In this document: positions 13,401 to 25,675 of the stretch, one piece after another
How the letters are laid out: every line of letters begins with the position of its first letter
How positions within the stretch are numbered: position 1 is the stretch's first letter
Source of the DNA: Phoronis australis
Lineage: Eukaryota > Animalia > Phoronida
Assembly: GCA_002633005.1 (NCBI GenBank)
Contig: NMRA01000197.1
Span: forward strand, 1 to 64,000
Length of the DNA: 64,000 nt
Direction: 5' to 3'
Position numbers and translations under genes: made by a program
The notes under the pieces: model-generated
The model's input: only the letters and a program-made list of their open reading frames with translations
Database searches by the model: none
Told to the model about the DNA's origin: nothing

Positions 13401-16400
13401 TTTAGTTTCCACCTAATTTGTGTTATTTAACGTAACTTATACCAGAATCTGTGACAGTCATATCACAATAAAATTTTATCAATTTCAGACAAAAATAGCT
13501 ATTTGAGTTGTGTCTTTCTGGAAACGTTGTTCCCAATCTGCTACATCACAGAAATTCAAAACAGCAAATCGATGAAAACAGGAAAGCCTTTTATAATTTT
13601 TGTTTCGTAATTTCATCCAATCGTCATTCAGTGCTACGCTAATGCACCACTGACATCTTACTTGACTTGTAAAAGCGGGATTCAACTAAAAACGCATTCA
13701 CTATACCACAGCTGTAGCATACAAGCATAGGTAATGCTTGCTCATTTGACAGGCTTTATAAGGAGTTATCAAAATCTGGGCCAAACCGTTTTTAGTGTTG
13801 AAGAATGATATTTAGTTTTTGAGAGCTGGATGGGAAGGTAATCAATATCCTGTTAATTGGTCAAAATAGGGTTTCGTATCCCTTTATAATATTATTTGTC
13901 ATGTACCCAAAAATAAGAAATTATAGTTACGTTTCACTTGTCTGAAATATTGTGACCTTAGTTGGCAAGATTGTACCACTCCCTCCTAAAAAGCAGCCAT
14001 AACTACATAACCAAGTTTATGCCACTTATTGGCACTTACTCATATTCCAGGCCTTGGACAGAACAATGACAAAGAAAGAGGAAAAACTTTCAGGTGATGT
14101 ATCGCTTCACAAATAGACTTGTGTGATAGAAGTATTGTTTGTGCTGTAAAACTGAACTGAAATAAACGTTTTTGCATGAATAAAGTCAAAACAATAATGA
14201 AAAAGAGATGACAAAAAGTGGAAACTGGAAATCAAATTAGAGGAAATTGAAACAAAAAATCCTCTATAAAAAGGAGAATTCCAAGACCCGACGTTTAACT
14301 CTTACACAGCCAATTTTTTGAATCGCAATTCCAGCAAGATGTGACTCTGTGGGCTACTCAGCAACATATGGCCCCTCCACAGTGATGGACATGGACAGAA
14401 ATACAAATCACTGTTTGCCAGGTAAACCAGTCAAGTCAAACAATCCTGTATATTTATTGTAGCTTTCCTGCAAAACTGATGGCTGCCTCAATGTCACTGG
14501 ACCTGCTTACGCTTATCAGACTGCTACTTACTGTATGCGACTCTTTCCACCATCCAACAGTATCTTCAATAGTCGAGCTCTTGCGATTTATCAGCCCACT
14601 AAAATGTGAAAATGCATGAGGTTTCATATAATCATTTGACATGCACAATTTCCAACGAGCATTCCTGTGACCTCGGGGGCTGGTTAGCTTTTTCTGAACA
14701 CAATACAGGGATGGCAACAGCTATAGCATTTGGTAGAAATGGAAAGAACAACTTCAATACTCCCAGCACCCAACACAAACTAACAGAAACGTTCTACTAC
14801 TAGAAGCAAACGAGAAATCAATGCAAGACAAAATTAGTTGTTTTCACAACTGTCAGTACAACGACTGAGCATAATGGAAACACCTTCGAATTACCAATGT
14901 CAGCCAATTCCTTCAACTTACAAGACATCGATGGCAGAGAACTGATCACATTCAAACACCTTGCCCAGCTGGTCCGTGGAGCAGTGAACTATCCTGGGGT
15001 CGACAGGATCATACAGCTGTTTAGTGCTGATGTACTCTTTCAAGTAGAACAAGACCTGGAAACACGACAGACATAAATGACAGACTCAGTGTTTGATCTA
15101 TACGCATTATGTGGAATCTGTACCAGATTTTTCCTAATGAGGTGAAGAAAATATCAATGAATGTAGTAAAGGCATAGCTCAGTGTGCCATTGGATGCTAT
15201 TGATTATTTCAGGGCATTGAATGAGCTCACACATTGCTATTGCTTCAAAACAGGTTCAACAAGTTGGCTTGTCTTTACTTTTAATGACTACCTCAAGCCA
15301 AGCCCGATCTCGACAAATAACAAATTGTTATCCTTGGAAATTATTTCTTGCCTGATCAAACAACATCAGAGGGTTGCTTCTTGATCAGAATGTAGGTTTA
15401 CAGCAGCATTAACAAATTATTTTCAGAGTTTGTATTTCTGGAGTTGGCTCATCACATAAGGTAGTCCATAAAAGTTATGTTGCTTTCCCACTAACAGTGC
15501 AACTCCCCTGTTTTGAGGAGTTTCGATCAGAGGGAAATTTCAAATCCCGGGTGTAAACCGCCCTAGGAACTCCCATCAGTATAGGAGTTGTGCCTATGGG
15601 TGAAATACTTGAGAAAAACATTTCTTCAAAAGGTCATGAATGTTTTATGGCAGAAAAATACATTTTTGAGATCACTGTAGGGTGAGATAGATTTCTTGAA
15701 GTTATTCGCTTTGACCAGAGCTATAAAACAACAAAAATCTGTAGCGTTTTATAATTTTGTTACAAATTGACAATTCTTGCTGTCAGACATTCACTAGTGT
15801 CTTTACCATTTGAAAATGTGTTTGTCTCTTCAAACTGCATATATCCCGTGGCACTGTTTTGTTCTAACTAGTGCATGACTCCATAAAAGTCCTCATATAA
15901 GTGTGGTAAATAAATAAGGCTGTACAATTACTCAAATATAATTATCAATTACATAAAGGCAGTGTACTCAATCATTGTATATTGTGGAAATATAATATCA
16001 ATAACATTTCAACTTAATTAATTTTTCATGACTAAAATAAATTACGAAGCAACATACTTACCTCTTTCATACTAAAAACATTTCCCTCAGCCCCAGTGGT
16101 CCTGAGTATTTCCAGGAAATCATCAGTTGGCTTGACCTGAAATAAAATAAAACCTTAGAAACTGGAATCAGTTACCATTTCCAACAGAAATCATTCTACC
16201 TCAACAGGACAACTTGTTACTACTGGTGGGAGTTGTGTACACAGAAAGTCAGTTGGAAACTAAATGAAAGCACTTCGAGGAGCGACACTTAGCGAAATTA
16301 ACAGAAAAGATGACGATAAAGATGGTGACGAAGATGACGAATAAGATGACGATGGTGGCGATTAAGAACAATACAAGTAATGATAACATTCACATGACGA

Positions 16401-19400
16401 ACGTAGAGGTCAGAAATCAGTAAGAAATAGGCTACAGTCTTGAGCGACTTTTGGCGAAATTAACTGAAAAGACGACGACGGAGATGATGAAGATTACTTA
16501 TATGATGTAGGTGGTGGCGATGATGAACAAACATCATAACATTCATATGACGAACTTAGATGTCTTGTTCAATAGAAGCTAGAACCAACATCAAAGCAGA
16601 AAGAGCGCCCAACAAAAGAACAGCGCTATCAGAAAATCTCAAATAATTCAGAAAGTAGAGGTCCTAGCGAAAAATGGAAAACATCATCTGAAAGCCCGTT
16701 TCAAAACTCTATCTAAATTGTTAGTATCGCATAATTTCGCAAATGTTTCGAAAAAACTGAAATTTTGTTTTTTTTTTGAAATTCAAAGTCAAATAACTCA
16801 AAAACGGTAAGTCTGAGAAAAATATTGTTAGAGGTCATTTGAAAGGATATACCTCAGAGAATTCACATGCAAAAAAATCACGTCATTTTCTCTTCCCGTT
16901 TAAAATGGCACTCCAGCACGACTGAAAATGGGTCAACATGCACCAGATCCGCCATCTTGAAAGCAACTTCCGTTTTTTTAGCTCTGAATAATAGCGGGTT
17001 AAAAGAAACTTATACCTGAAAAATGACGAAGCAATTGGTATTATAATGCCCCCTCTACAGGAGAAAATGTTTTTAGGCCAAAATCGAGGTGCGCATGCGC
17101 GATTGCCGATTTTTTGGCCATCTTTAACTGGAAGTGAACAATTTCTGGCATACTTGTAGCGCACTTCCGATCCTGTACGTAAAAATTGTAGCCTCCAGAA
17201 GCATTTGAATCTTAAAACGAAAACAAAATGGCCACCACATCCGCCATCTTGGATCCGATTATGATGAAAAACAATAGGCTTCCAGTACTTCCGAAACTAC
17301 GTGTTATGTGTAAATTTCGTGATGATCGAACAAAAATTGCGGCCTGTATCGTGCGAACAATAAGAAAAAACTTAGTGACAGAGCAACATACTTGGCAAAA
17401 TTTATTTCGCAAAGTAACAAAGAACTCACAAAGCCTTTTTGTTAGCCTCCTAGACTTTATTGTGTAGTCAACTGGGTGATATATTGTAATTTATTATGGA
17501 ATGGCTCAACCATCTGTCAGTCAGTCTACCAATCACAGTAAATCCAGCACCAGCTTGGCAGATCATGCATACATCTAGGCAAATGCAAAAAATCAAATTG
17601 CCGAGGCAGCAAGGTAGTCAGTTCCTTCCAGAAGTCGTCATCTACTGTCACGTTTCCCAGGGATACACATGTAAAATTCCACAAAAATTACACCATGGGT
17701 TTCAGGGTACCTACACTACACAGTTAACAGATTTATAAACACGGTCACGGACGTATGAACACGACTCACGTACCTGCAAACATCGTCCACTGACTCACAA
17801 ACACGATCCATTCACCAAAATACATGGGACACAGACTCACATTTATGAAGAAACATGGTTAATGGACCGCTAAACACCGTTTACGGACAAAATGTAGATG
17901 TCAGCTGACTCAGGTAGCTGATGAGTTCGTGACCCGTGTTTGGCAGTCTGTTAACTGTGTTTCTTCGTGAATGTGAGTCCGTGTCCCATGTACTTGGATG
18001 AATGGATCGTGTTCTGTGAGTCCGTTCCCGTGTTTGTGAGTCAGTGAACGGTGTTTGCAGGTACGTGAGTCGTGTTCATGTGTCCGTGACAGTGTTTATG
18101 AGTCCGTTAACCATGTAGTTAGGTACCTTGGGTTTAGGAAATACAGCTGTGGTCAATGTGCACCCAAAAAAATCAACTTACTAATTTGCTTCCAGTACTT
18201 GTAATTTGTCCATTCGAGGTCGCACCTGAAGTATGAGGACTGACCACAGCAGTAACAGTTGCTTGATTTCTGGAGACCTAAATATCAAATCAAGCACCAC
18301 GTTAACAAGAGAGAGAGAGGGAGGGAGGGNGCAAGGGACAGATGGAGGTAGTGTAACCCGCTCTAGCGTATCTTGCCTTGGGACAAGTCCCAGTATGGTT
18401 GTAAACATGGCCACGAAAGCAAAACTCTAGGGCCCTGTCGCACCAAGCTTTTTCTTAAACATAATGGAGCCCAATTGGTCATCATGATGTACAGTCTGAG
18501 GACAGGTTTACTTAACAAATACTATGTTTACTTAGTTCCAACCCAATATCCTTTCATTCAGCTTTAAACTGGTCCCTGGGATATTGAAGGGACAAAGAAT
18601 GTATATCCAAACAAATCCTTTGTCAACAATCCTTTTCAACGTCAAAGCAAAACAATCCTAACAATGCATAAGAATTTGCACCAAGCTGCAGAGGGCTAAA
18701 CACCCTGATGCTGGGACTCCCCCACAACCACCTGCATAGATTGTGATGAATTTAATACGTTTTCAGATTGCAACTATTTTTGATAAATGCCATCCCCAAA
18801 AGAAGCATGACACAACATTTTTTGGTTGTGTCTGGAAGGGGGCAACATAACTATGGTTAACGTCAACATTTATTTACAGTCCGTAGAAAAACTGCATAAT
18901 GTGTTCCGACTATCTCAGCCAACTGCAAAATTGAGCGAGATAAATGTTCAAGAACTTCGTCGATCATTGTGCACATGTGTTATAAATAATCAGAATTGAA
19001 AAATATTACAAAATTTTACTTTCAATTCCAAAATTAGGTGGACTAACAGCGTTGACTTCATGAAATAACCGTAATGAAAAAAACTCGATAAAAATTCTCA
19101 TTACCTGGATCTCAACGGCACTTTGCGAACCGGTGCCAATACACTTTCCAGATGGATGTTTTCTTTTTGGCATCCTAAAATGCATAGACAGAAACATTTT
19201 GAAGAACAAAATTGTTCAGAATGCAGTAAAACAAGTTCAAGTTTGCACTGACTTATGAATACCAACTGATCTAATCAAAGATGTGTGCAGTGTCACCTTA
19301 GAAAGAAAAACCATTATCAGTTTTGATTTGAAGTTTGAGAATGGAATCCTTTGTTTTGTTTTTTATACAGCGAGTCAGTTTTCTTATCACCTGCATTCGT

Positions 19401-21716
19401 GTTAACACCCTGGATGCCTAAACTGGAAATCGGGAGAGTGGACACTTGACCAGAGATGAGTGCATCAATTGATTTCACTATTTGACCTACATTTGATATC
19501 TTAATTGGCACTGAATACATCCACATATTGAAAAAACTAGGGCAGTCAGAAAATACCAAGTGAACCCACCACACCAGTCACTTTGCCTTCAGAGGTGAAC
19601 AAGGCTGAATTTGGATCTTAAAACTTAACCAGTTTTTTTCTGTAAAATAAATTTGAGCCTGTGTCTGAATATAGTCTCGATAAGTGTCAATTTCAAGAAT
19701 TTACTTGTTTTTAATACACTGCAGATGCTAAGGATATTTTTGGAGACTACCATAACAACGCTGCCACTCAATTGATCCAGATTCCGCATTTTAAAAATTA
19801 TCCAAATTCTCTGAAACACTTGAGTAACTTTAAACCAAATTTTAAAACATTATGCGAGTGAAACTCGGCTTATCTCATACTAGTAGACATTGAAGTGTGT
19901 TCCACTAATTAATGAAGGAAAATATTAACAACGAACAAAAAAATTTAAGACACACACAATAACAATGAATAGCTGAAGGCACCTACAATCAGAGAGACAT
20001 CCACCTGAACTGTTTTAAGACTCAACAACTTACATGAAGACTTTCAAAAGCAATATAGTGTTGCTTATAGATAAATGTGCATTTCTGAAATACTGCACCT
20101 CTGGTATTTATATGTCAGAAACAAGTTTGTACATGCATACCAACCAGGGTGACAAGTCAGAACAATTACCATCAAGATAACGTGGACAAATGCCAATGCT
20201 ATTTGCCCCATCACTTATCAAAGCTGTTATCAATATTGCACTATTGGAATGCAAGGTACCTAAACTACACGGTCAAAGGACGCAGAAACACGACTCACGG
20301 ACCTGCAAACACTGTCCACTGACTCACAAACACGGGAACGGACTCACAAAACACGATGCACGCACCCAAATACACGGGACACAGACTCATATTCGCAAGG
20401 AAACACGGTTAATGGACCGCCAAACACGGTTTACGGACAAAATGAAGATGTCAGCTGACCCAGGAAGCCGATGAGTCCGTGACCCGTGTTTGGCGGTCCG
20501 CTAACCATGTTTCCTTGTGAATATGAGTCCGTGTGCCGTGTATTTGGGTGTGTGGATTGTGTTTTGTGAGTCCGTTCCCGTGTTTGTGAGTCAGTGGATG
20601 ATGTTTGCAGGTACGTGAGTCGTGTTCATGTGTCCGTGCCTGTGTTTATGAGTCCGTTGACCGTGTAGTTTAGGTACCTGGCATTGTCTAGAGTATCACA
20701 ATGTTGCTTGTGGCAGTTCATTGTATGGAGACAACCTCAGGTCACTCAAACCTGTTGGGTAACTGGGTAATGGTCTGATATAACCTGTCCGAATTCTGAG
20801 AACAAATTTTCTCCATTGAATAACAGCCATCAAACTGTGGTTCTTAGACTATTGCCTGGTAGGCCTAGCTGTGGAATAAAACATTTTTCTTTGTTTTCCA
20901 AGGATGTCATCTAAGAGCAGATCAGAGACGAGTTCAATAACTATAGAACCTCGTTAAAAAGCAAGATCTTGCTGAGTATTTTCAATGACAGCACATGGTT
21001 TTCGCTAAATTTACATGAAATTTCCATTGTTTATTCCTTGCAATATATTATTTAGTACAGTAATGCTGTCCTGCAAGTACTGTTACAAACATGAATGAAA
21101 GTTTGACAAAAATACAGAATACAAGTCACAAACATTCATGGTAAAATTATTTCTAAGAGAAAACAAGCTATTTTAAAACAGATTGCAAAGTTATAGGCAC
21201 AATTCACACAAAGGACATTTTGAAAATGTACAGTTTTTGGGGTTGACAAGTCATTTCCAGGCGACTCAAGTCGTACATGGGGTTTTAAAAATATAAATGT
21301 TCTGTAAGTCCACGTAACTTAGACTACCAAAAATACAAGATTGTATTGATTCAGACATTCTGTTGAGCATGTTGAGCAAGCTTTCATGTGCCAGTGGTGG
21401 GCAGGTTCATAAAACCAGGCATAACGCCGGGCAAGTTCAAGCATGAAGGACGATGGGATAAAGAAAGTACAGTGTGAAATGCTCAATTTAAAATCTCGCT
21501 CAAATTTAAACTCCTAATTCCGGATAGTGATTGTTTAAGACAGAGATAGCACAACACATGGTGGAACAAAAATGTCGCTTTCTGTCAAATCAACTGAGTT
21601 TATATACCGAAAATTCTTCATAACATATTGTAAACAAAAACTCACCCTTCCAGCTGCAACTCCTCTAAGGTCAAGGTCTTGTTCGTGGTCACGTGTGGTT
21701 CACTGAGATAGTTCAT
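7457..21716 (-). CDS. MDM2: MDM2/MDM4-family E3 ubiquitin ligase (p53-binding SWIB domain, acidic region, RanBP2-type C4 zinc finger, C2H2C4 RING); about 800 aa, or 776 aa from the ATG at 19173
   Basis: Phase-consistent GT-AG exons: 21716-21646, 19174-19105, 16136-16062 (VKPTDDFLEILRTTGAEGNVFSMKE), 15055-14922 (VLFYLKEYISTKQLYDPVDPRIVHCSTDQLGKVF..), 14598-14532, 13205-13073 (NLS-like KRRRRRKK), 10931-10786, 10289-10125 (GYETA..DDLWFL..FSVEYDVDS), 9842-9750, 8905-7457 (DKWRCSECDMLNSPLQRCCSRCWKLRPGWLPE ... CVICLSRPKDSSIVHGKTGHQICCYSCAKRLRRRGKSCPVCRRPIQKVIKNFLM*). Total 2403 nt, open throughout. Probably the single invertebrate co-orthologue of MDM2 and MDM4. Confidence 0.95.
11160..11405 (+). 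mobile_element. tRNA-derived SINE, family B
   Basis: tRNA-like head gtggccaagtgg...tttactcaaggtcgtgggtgcgagtcccact, then cactgcta.acccttgagtc. Related copies at about 40440-40560 (minus) and 42560-42760 (plus). Confidence 0.6.
11745..11910 (-). mobile_element. tRNA-derived SINE, family C
   Basis: Minus strand has an A box (tggtgtagtggta) and a B box (gggttcgactcc) followed by a non-tRNA tail. It does not close an acceptor stem. Confidence 0.55.
12450..12613. mobile_element. Fold-back MITE, near-perfect hairpin of about 165 bp
   Basis: atagattattacatg...tagagccctcgtggattttggagaattatc / gataattctccaaaatccactcgggctcta...catgtaataatctat; the two arms are reverse complements. Confidence 0.8.
16281..16564. 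repeat. Two diverged copies of a roughly 130-160 bp unit containing GAT/GAC low-complexity sequence
   Basis: agcgac...gcgaaattaac.gaaaaga.gacga...cattca.atgacgaac.taga.gtc at 16281-16411 and 16443-16564. Confidence 0.6.
17703..18130. mobile_element. Fold-back DNA element with long TIRs built from short degenerate repeats; 5-bp TSD GGTTT
   Basis: Ends cagggtaccta.actacac / tgtagttaggtaccttg. Arms of about 200 bp are reverse complements. GGTTT at 17698-17702 and 18131-18135. Confidence 0.85.
20252..20680. mobile_element. Second insertion of the same fold-back family (copy A)
   Basis: caaggtacctaaactacacggtcaa ... ttgaccgtgtagtttaggtacctg. The right junction has a small deletion relative to the copy at 23395-23818. 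Confidence 0.85.
21365..21448. promoter_or_regulatory. Cluster of p53-type half-sites (RRRCWWGYYY) in MDM intron 1
   Basis: GAGCATGTTG (21365), GAGCAAGCTT (21374, perfect), GGGCAGGTTC (21399), GGGCAAGTTC (21429, perfect) directly followed by AAGCATGAAG. Repeated at 25324-25407. Confidence 0.5.
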
Positions 21717-21759
21717 TCCTTCGCCGCCAGGAGAGGCAGGTGTAATACGATAAATTCTT

Positions 21760-21930
21760 GCAAGCCGCGTGGCTGGGCTAAGCACGCAGGGAACCAGCGA
21801 GGGTTCCCAGGGCTCACACTTTGACGTCACGCATAGCGTGTACATGTGCAAAGGAGAGTAGATAACGATAACACTGCTTTCTCTGGTACCCGCGGTAGTT
21901 TCCTAAGTCGGTCTTCAGTGCTTATCTGCT
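21760..21930. promoter_or_regulatory. Putative bidirectional promoter between MDM exon 1 (minus) and GST-Pi exon 1 (plus), copy A
   Basis: Locally CpG-rich, with a palindromic CRE TGACGTCA at 21822-21829 and an Inr-like TCAGT at about 21915. Divergent strong donors lie at 21645 (minus) and 22045 (plus). Confidence 0.55.
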
Positions 21931-23394
21931 TATCAGCGTGTTTGGCGTCTTGGCGTAGTTGGATCTTCCAGACGATTTAGTGATTTACTTTGTGTGTAAT
22001 CATAGATTGGTGTGGTCAGGTGGTTAATCTTTAGACTGCAACAAGTAAGTTCACTATTGTTTCATGTATCTGTTGGGGCAGGCCGATTCCTGTCTTGTTT
22101 TGTCTCTGGCTGTAGCAGGCCTACGGACGGGATGGCTGACCGAATTACGGTAGCTTAAATCATGAAAATGCACAGGCGTCCTCAGCTTCTGATCGTCCCC
22201 AGCCCGCAATACAAGTTGTATTATACTCGGGAACCCAATCATGGTCGTCCGCCTAAGCATAAAACCGGCTTTTTGTCGTTCTCACCCAATTATTCCACTT
22301 CAAAGTTATGCTCTGCATAGAACTTGATTTGACCCTCACAAATCCATAGTATTAGTTGATTCAAAAGTTTTCTTTTATTTATGCCGATTTGTTTGAACTG
22401 TGCATTGCTTTTCGGCAGCCATTTTATAATGACTTCTATGGTCGTCATATGCTGCCGCCTTTTGAAAGAACAGAAAACCACACAGAAAAAGGCCAAGAAA
22501 ATTGTGGAAAGTGGTTTACAGCAATTATACTTCAACCACAAAGTGTTTCACTAGTACAATATCGATTTTTAAATCGATTAAAATTGATTTAGAATTTCAA
22601 TTCTGGAAAATAAATTGCACGGTTTTATTCCAGATAGACCTCACTTATTTTCTATTTGTGTCCTTTTTATTTGACTTTTTGGTCTTGTTGTTCTTAACAC
22701 CACTTATCTCTGCTGTCTTTCTTTTTCTTTTCAGTTTTTCTTCATTCTCTGTTAACACCTTGTCAGCCAAAAGAGAACTGTAACCCTTTGAGACTTTGTC
22801 GGTGCAAGTTGATCATTGAACCTTGATACAATTGTTCTAATAAATTACCCAATATCGTATTGTTTGATTTTTTCTCACCTTTAACAGGCTTCTGCAATCA
22901 TAAATAAATAAATAAATACCCAAGTTGTATTTGCATTTTATTGCTCTATCTCTTGTTATATTTTTGATTATGTCATGCTGTGTTGTATGTAACAATGCAA
23001 TATGGTGAAATAAAGTCAATGTTTTACTTTATTGGTGGCCATTCTCTATCAATTCAAGTATTTTAATTTTCCTCAAATGAATTCAAAATGTTTTAACCAA
23101 AAATTTCAACATAAATGTTGAGCTCAGTACTCTGTTTTGCAATAAAAAACAAGTGGACAATATTTTGATGACCATGGTGTGGGCCGAAACTGTTAAGCAC
23201 CCAGCGTGTTCTATTTGTCTGCTGCGTTTTTCCTTTGGCCTAACAGGTGTTGGTTAGTGCCTGGGACAAATAGATACATTGCGTAAACAATCCTAGTATT
23301 GTTTTTTGTTCNCATCAAGATAACATGGACAACTGCCAATGCAATTTGCCACATCACTTATCAAAGCTGTTATCAATATTGCACTATTGGAATG

Positions 23395-23818
23395 CAAGGT
23401 ACCTAAACTACACGGTCAAAGGACTCAGAAACATGACTCACGGACCTGCAAACACTGTCCACTGACTCACAAACAGGGGAACGGACTCACAAAACACGAT
23501 GCACGCACCCAAATACACGGGACACGGACTCATATTCGCGAGGAAACACGGTTAACGGACCACCAAACACGGTTTATGGACAAAATGAAGATGTCAGCTG
23601 ACCCAGGAAGCTGATGAGTCCATGACCCGTGTTTGGTGGTCCGCTAACTGTGTTTCCTCGTGAATATGAGTCCGTGTCCCGTGTATTTGGGTGTGTGGAT
23701 CGTGTTTTGTGAGTCTGTTCCCATGTTTGTGAGTCAGTGGACGATGTTTGCAGGTACGCAAGTCATGTTCATGTGTCCGTGTTTATGAGTCTGTTGACCA
23801 TGTAGTTTAGGTACCTTG
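23395..23818. mobile_element. Fold-back element, copy B version, with intact 5-bp TSD GAATG
   Basis: GAATG at 23390-23394 and 23819-23823 flank caaggtacc...ggtaccttg. Confidence 0.85.
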
Positions 23819-24223
23819 GAATGGCATTGTCTAGAGTATCACAATGTTGCTTGTGGCAGTTCATTGTATGGAGACAACCTCAGGTCACTCAAACGTGTTG
23901 GGTAACTGGGTAATGGTCTGAAATAACCTGTCCGAATTCTGAGAACAAGTTTTCTCCATTGAATAACAGGCATCAAACTGTGGTTCTTAGACTATTGCCT
24001 GGTAGACCTAGCTGTGGAATAAAACATATTTTTCTTTGTTTTCCAAGGATGTCATCTAAGAGCAGATCAGAGACGAGTTCAATAACTATAGAACCTTGTT
24101 AAAAAGCAAGATCTTGCTGTGTATTTTCAATGACAGCACATGGTTTTCGTTAAATTTACATGAAATTTCCATCGTTTATTCCTTGCAATATATTTTTTAG
24201 TATGTAATGTTGTCCTGCAAGTA

Positions 24224-25032
24224 TCGTCCGGTTACCTATTTTCGTCAGGCTCCAAAGTTCGCCCGCCATCTTGTTTCGCGTGCAGCGCAACCACGCGGGA
24301 CTTAGCGTTCCAATTTGGAGTGCTCGTCTGCACGTTAGGTACTAACTTATCGGAAGAGACACGTATCAAAGTAATGAGACAAAAATCGGTGAGTTTACCG
24401 ATTGTTTTTTAAAACCACTTAAAAATCAGTAGATTTTACTAATACACTTTTTTGTGCGTTTTCAGAAGATGTTTTCGAATTTAAATTTTCTTCCGACGGG
24501 ACACAAAACATGATCCAGGGTTTGTTTATGCAATGTATCTGTTTGTCCCAGGCACTAGTAGGATCTAGAAGGCCAAAGGAAAAATCCGCAGACAAATGCG
24601 ATACGCTGGGTTCTTAACATTTTTGCCTCACGTTCACCATTAAACTGCATTGAAATGTTGACCAATTGGCTTTTATTGGAAACCACAGTGCAGAGCTCAA
24701 CATCAAAGCTTCAAATCGAGTTTATGTCAATAAAAACAGGCTGTTGCAATTTTCATTACTTCGTTGGCCTTTTTCTGCATGTTTCTCAGTTTTTACAAAA
24801 GGGGGCAGCATATGACGAACTTAGGTGTCACAATAAAATGGCTGCCGAAGGCAGTGCACATTTGAAATAACTCGGCACAAATTAAAGAAAACTTCCGAAT
24901 CGATGAATGCGGTATATCTGTGAGAGTTAAATCGAATCCTATTCAGATCATAACTTTGAAGTGGAATAATTCGGTGAGTACAACAGCAAGTCGGTTTTAT
25001 GCTTAGGCGGACGAACATTGGGCTCCCCAGTA
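24224..25032 (-). mobile_element. Non-autonomous DNA transposon with TA TSD (Tc1/mariner-like), present only in copy B
   Basis: ctgcaagTA[tcgtccggttacctat...ggctccccagta]TActg versus the empty site ctgcaagTActg at about 21071-21082. Both ends are reverse-complement homologues of the ends of 26183-27542. Confidence 0.8.
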
Positions 25033-25604
25033 TACTGGCAATTACAAACATGAATGAAAGTTTGACAAAAATACAGAATACAAGTCACAAACATTCATGG
25101 TAAAATTATTTCTAAGAGAAAACAAGCTATTTTAAAACAGATTGCAAAGTTATAGGCACAATTCACACAAAGGACATTTTGAAAATGCACAGTTTTTGGG
25201 GTTGACAAGTCATTTCCAGGCGACTCAAGTCGTACATGGGGTTTTAAAAATATAAATGTTCTGTAAGTCCACGTAACTTAGACTACCAAAAATACAAGAT
25301 TGTATTGATTCAGACATTCCGTTGAGCATGTTGAGCAAGCTTTCATGTGCCAGTGGTGGGCAGGTTCATAAAACCAGGCATAACGCCGGGCAAGTTCAAG
25401 CACGAAGGACGATGGGATAAAGAAAGTACAGTGTGAAATGCTCAATTTAAAATCTCGCTCAAATTTAAACTCCTAATTCCGGATAGTGATTGTTTAAGAC
25501 AGAGATAGCACAACACATGGTGGAACAAAAATGTCGCTTTCTGTCAAATCAACTGAGTTTATATACCGAAAATTCTTCATAACATATTGTAAACAAAAAC
25601 TCAC

Positions 25605-25675
25605 CCTTCCAGCTGCAACTCCTCTAAGGTCAAGGTCTTGTTCGTGGTCACGTGTGGTTCACTGAGATAGTTCAT
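25605..25675 (-). CDS. Duplicate of MDM first coding exon (MNYLSEPHVTTNKTLTLEELQLEG)
   Basis: Same sequence as 21716-21646 with the same GG|gtgagt donor; likely allelic. Confidence 0.6.

Larger units (their letters stand above)
20170..23311. repeat. Copy A of the tandemly repeated MDM/GST-Pi promoter block, ending at N 23312
   Basis: Colinear and highly similar to 23313-27266; several ORF-track peptides are identical (21642/25601, 22054/26013, 22290/26249). Confidence 0.9.

Noticed and set aside
18300-18345. N at 18330 as a third duplication junction
   Set aside because: The flanks are not duplicated. It is a plain gap at a GA/G-rich simple repeat.
20190-20474. Repeated His/Thr-rich ORFs (also 23339-23614)
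   Set aside because: They are translations of the fold-back element's internal repeats.
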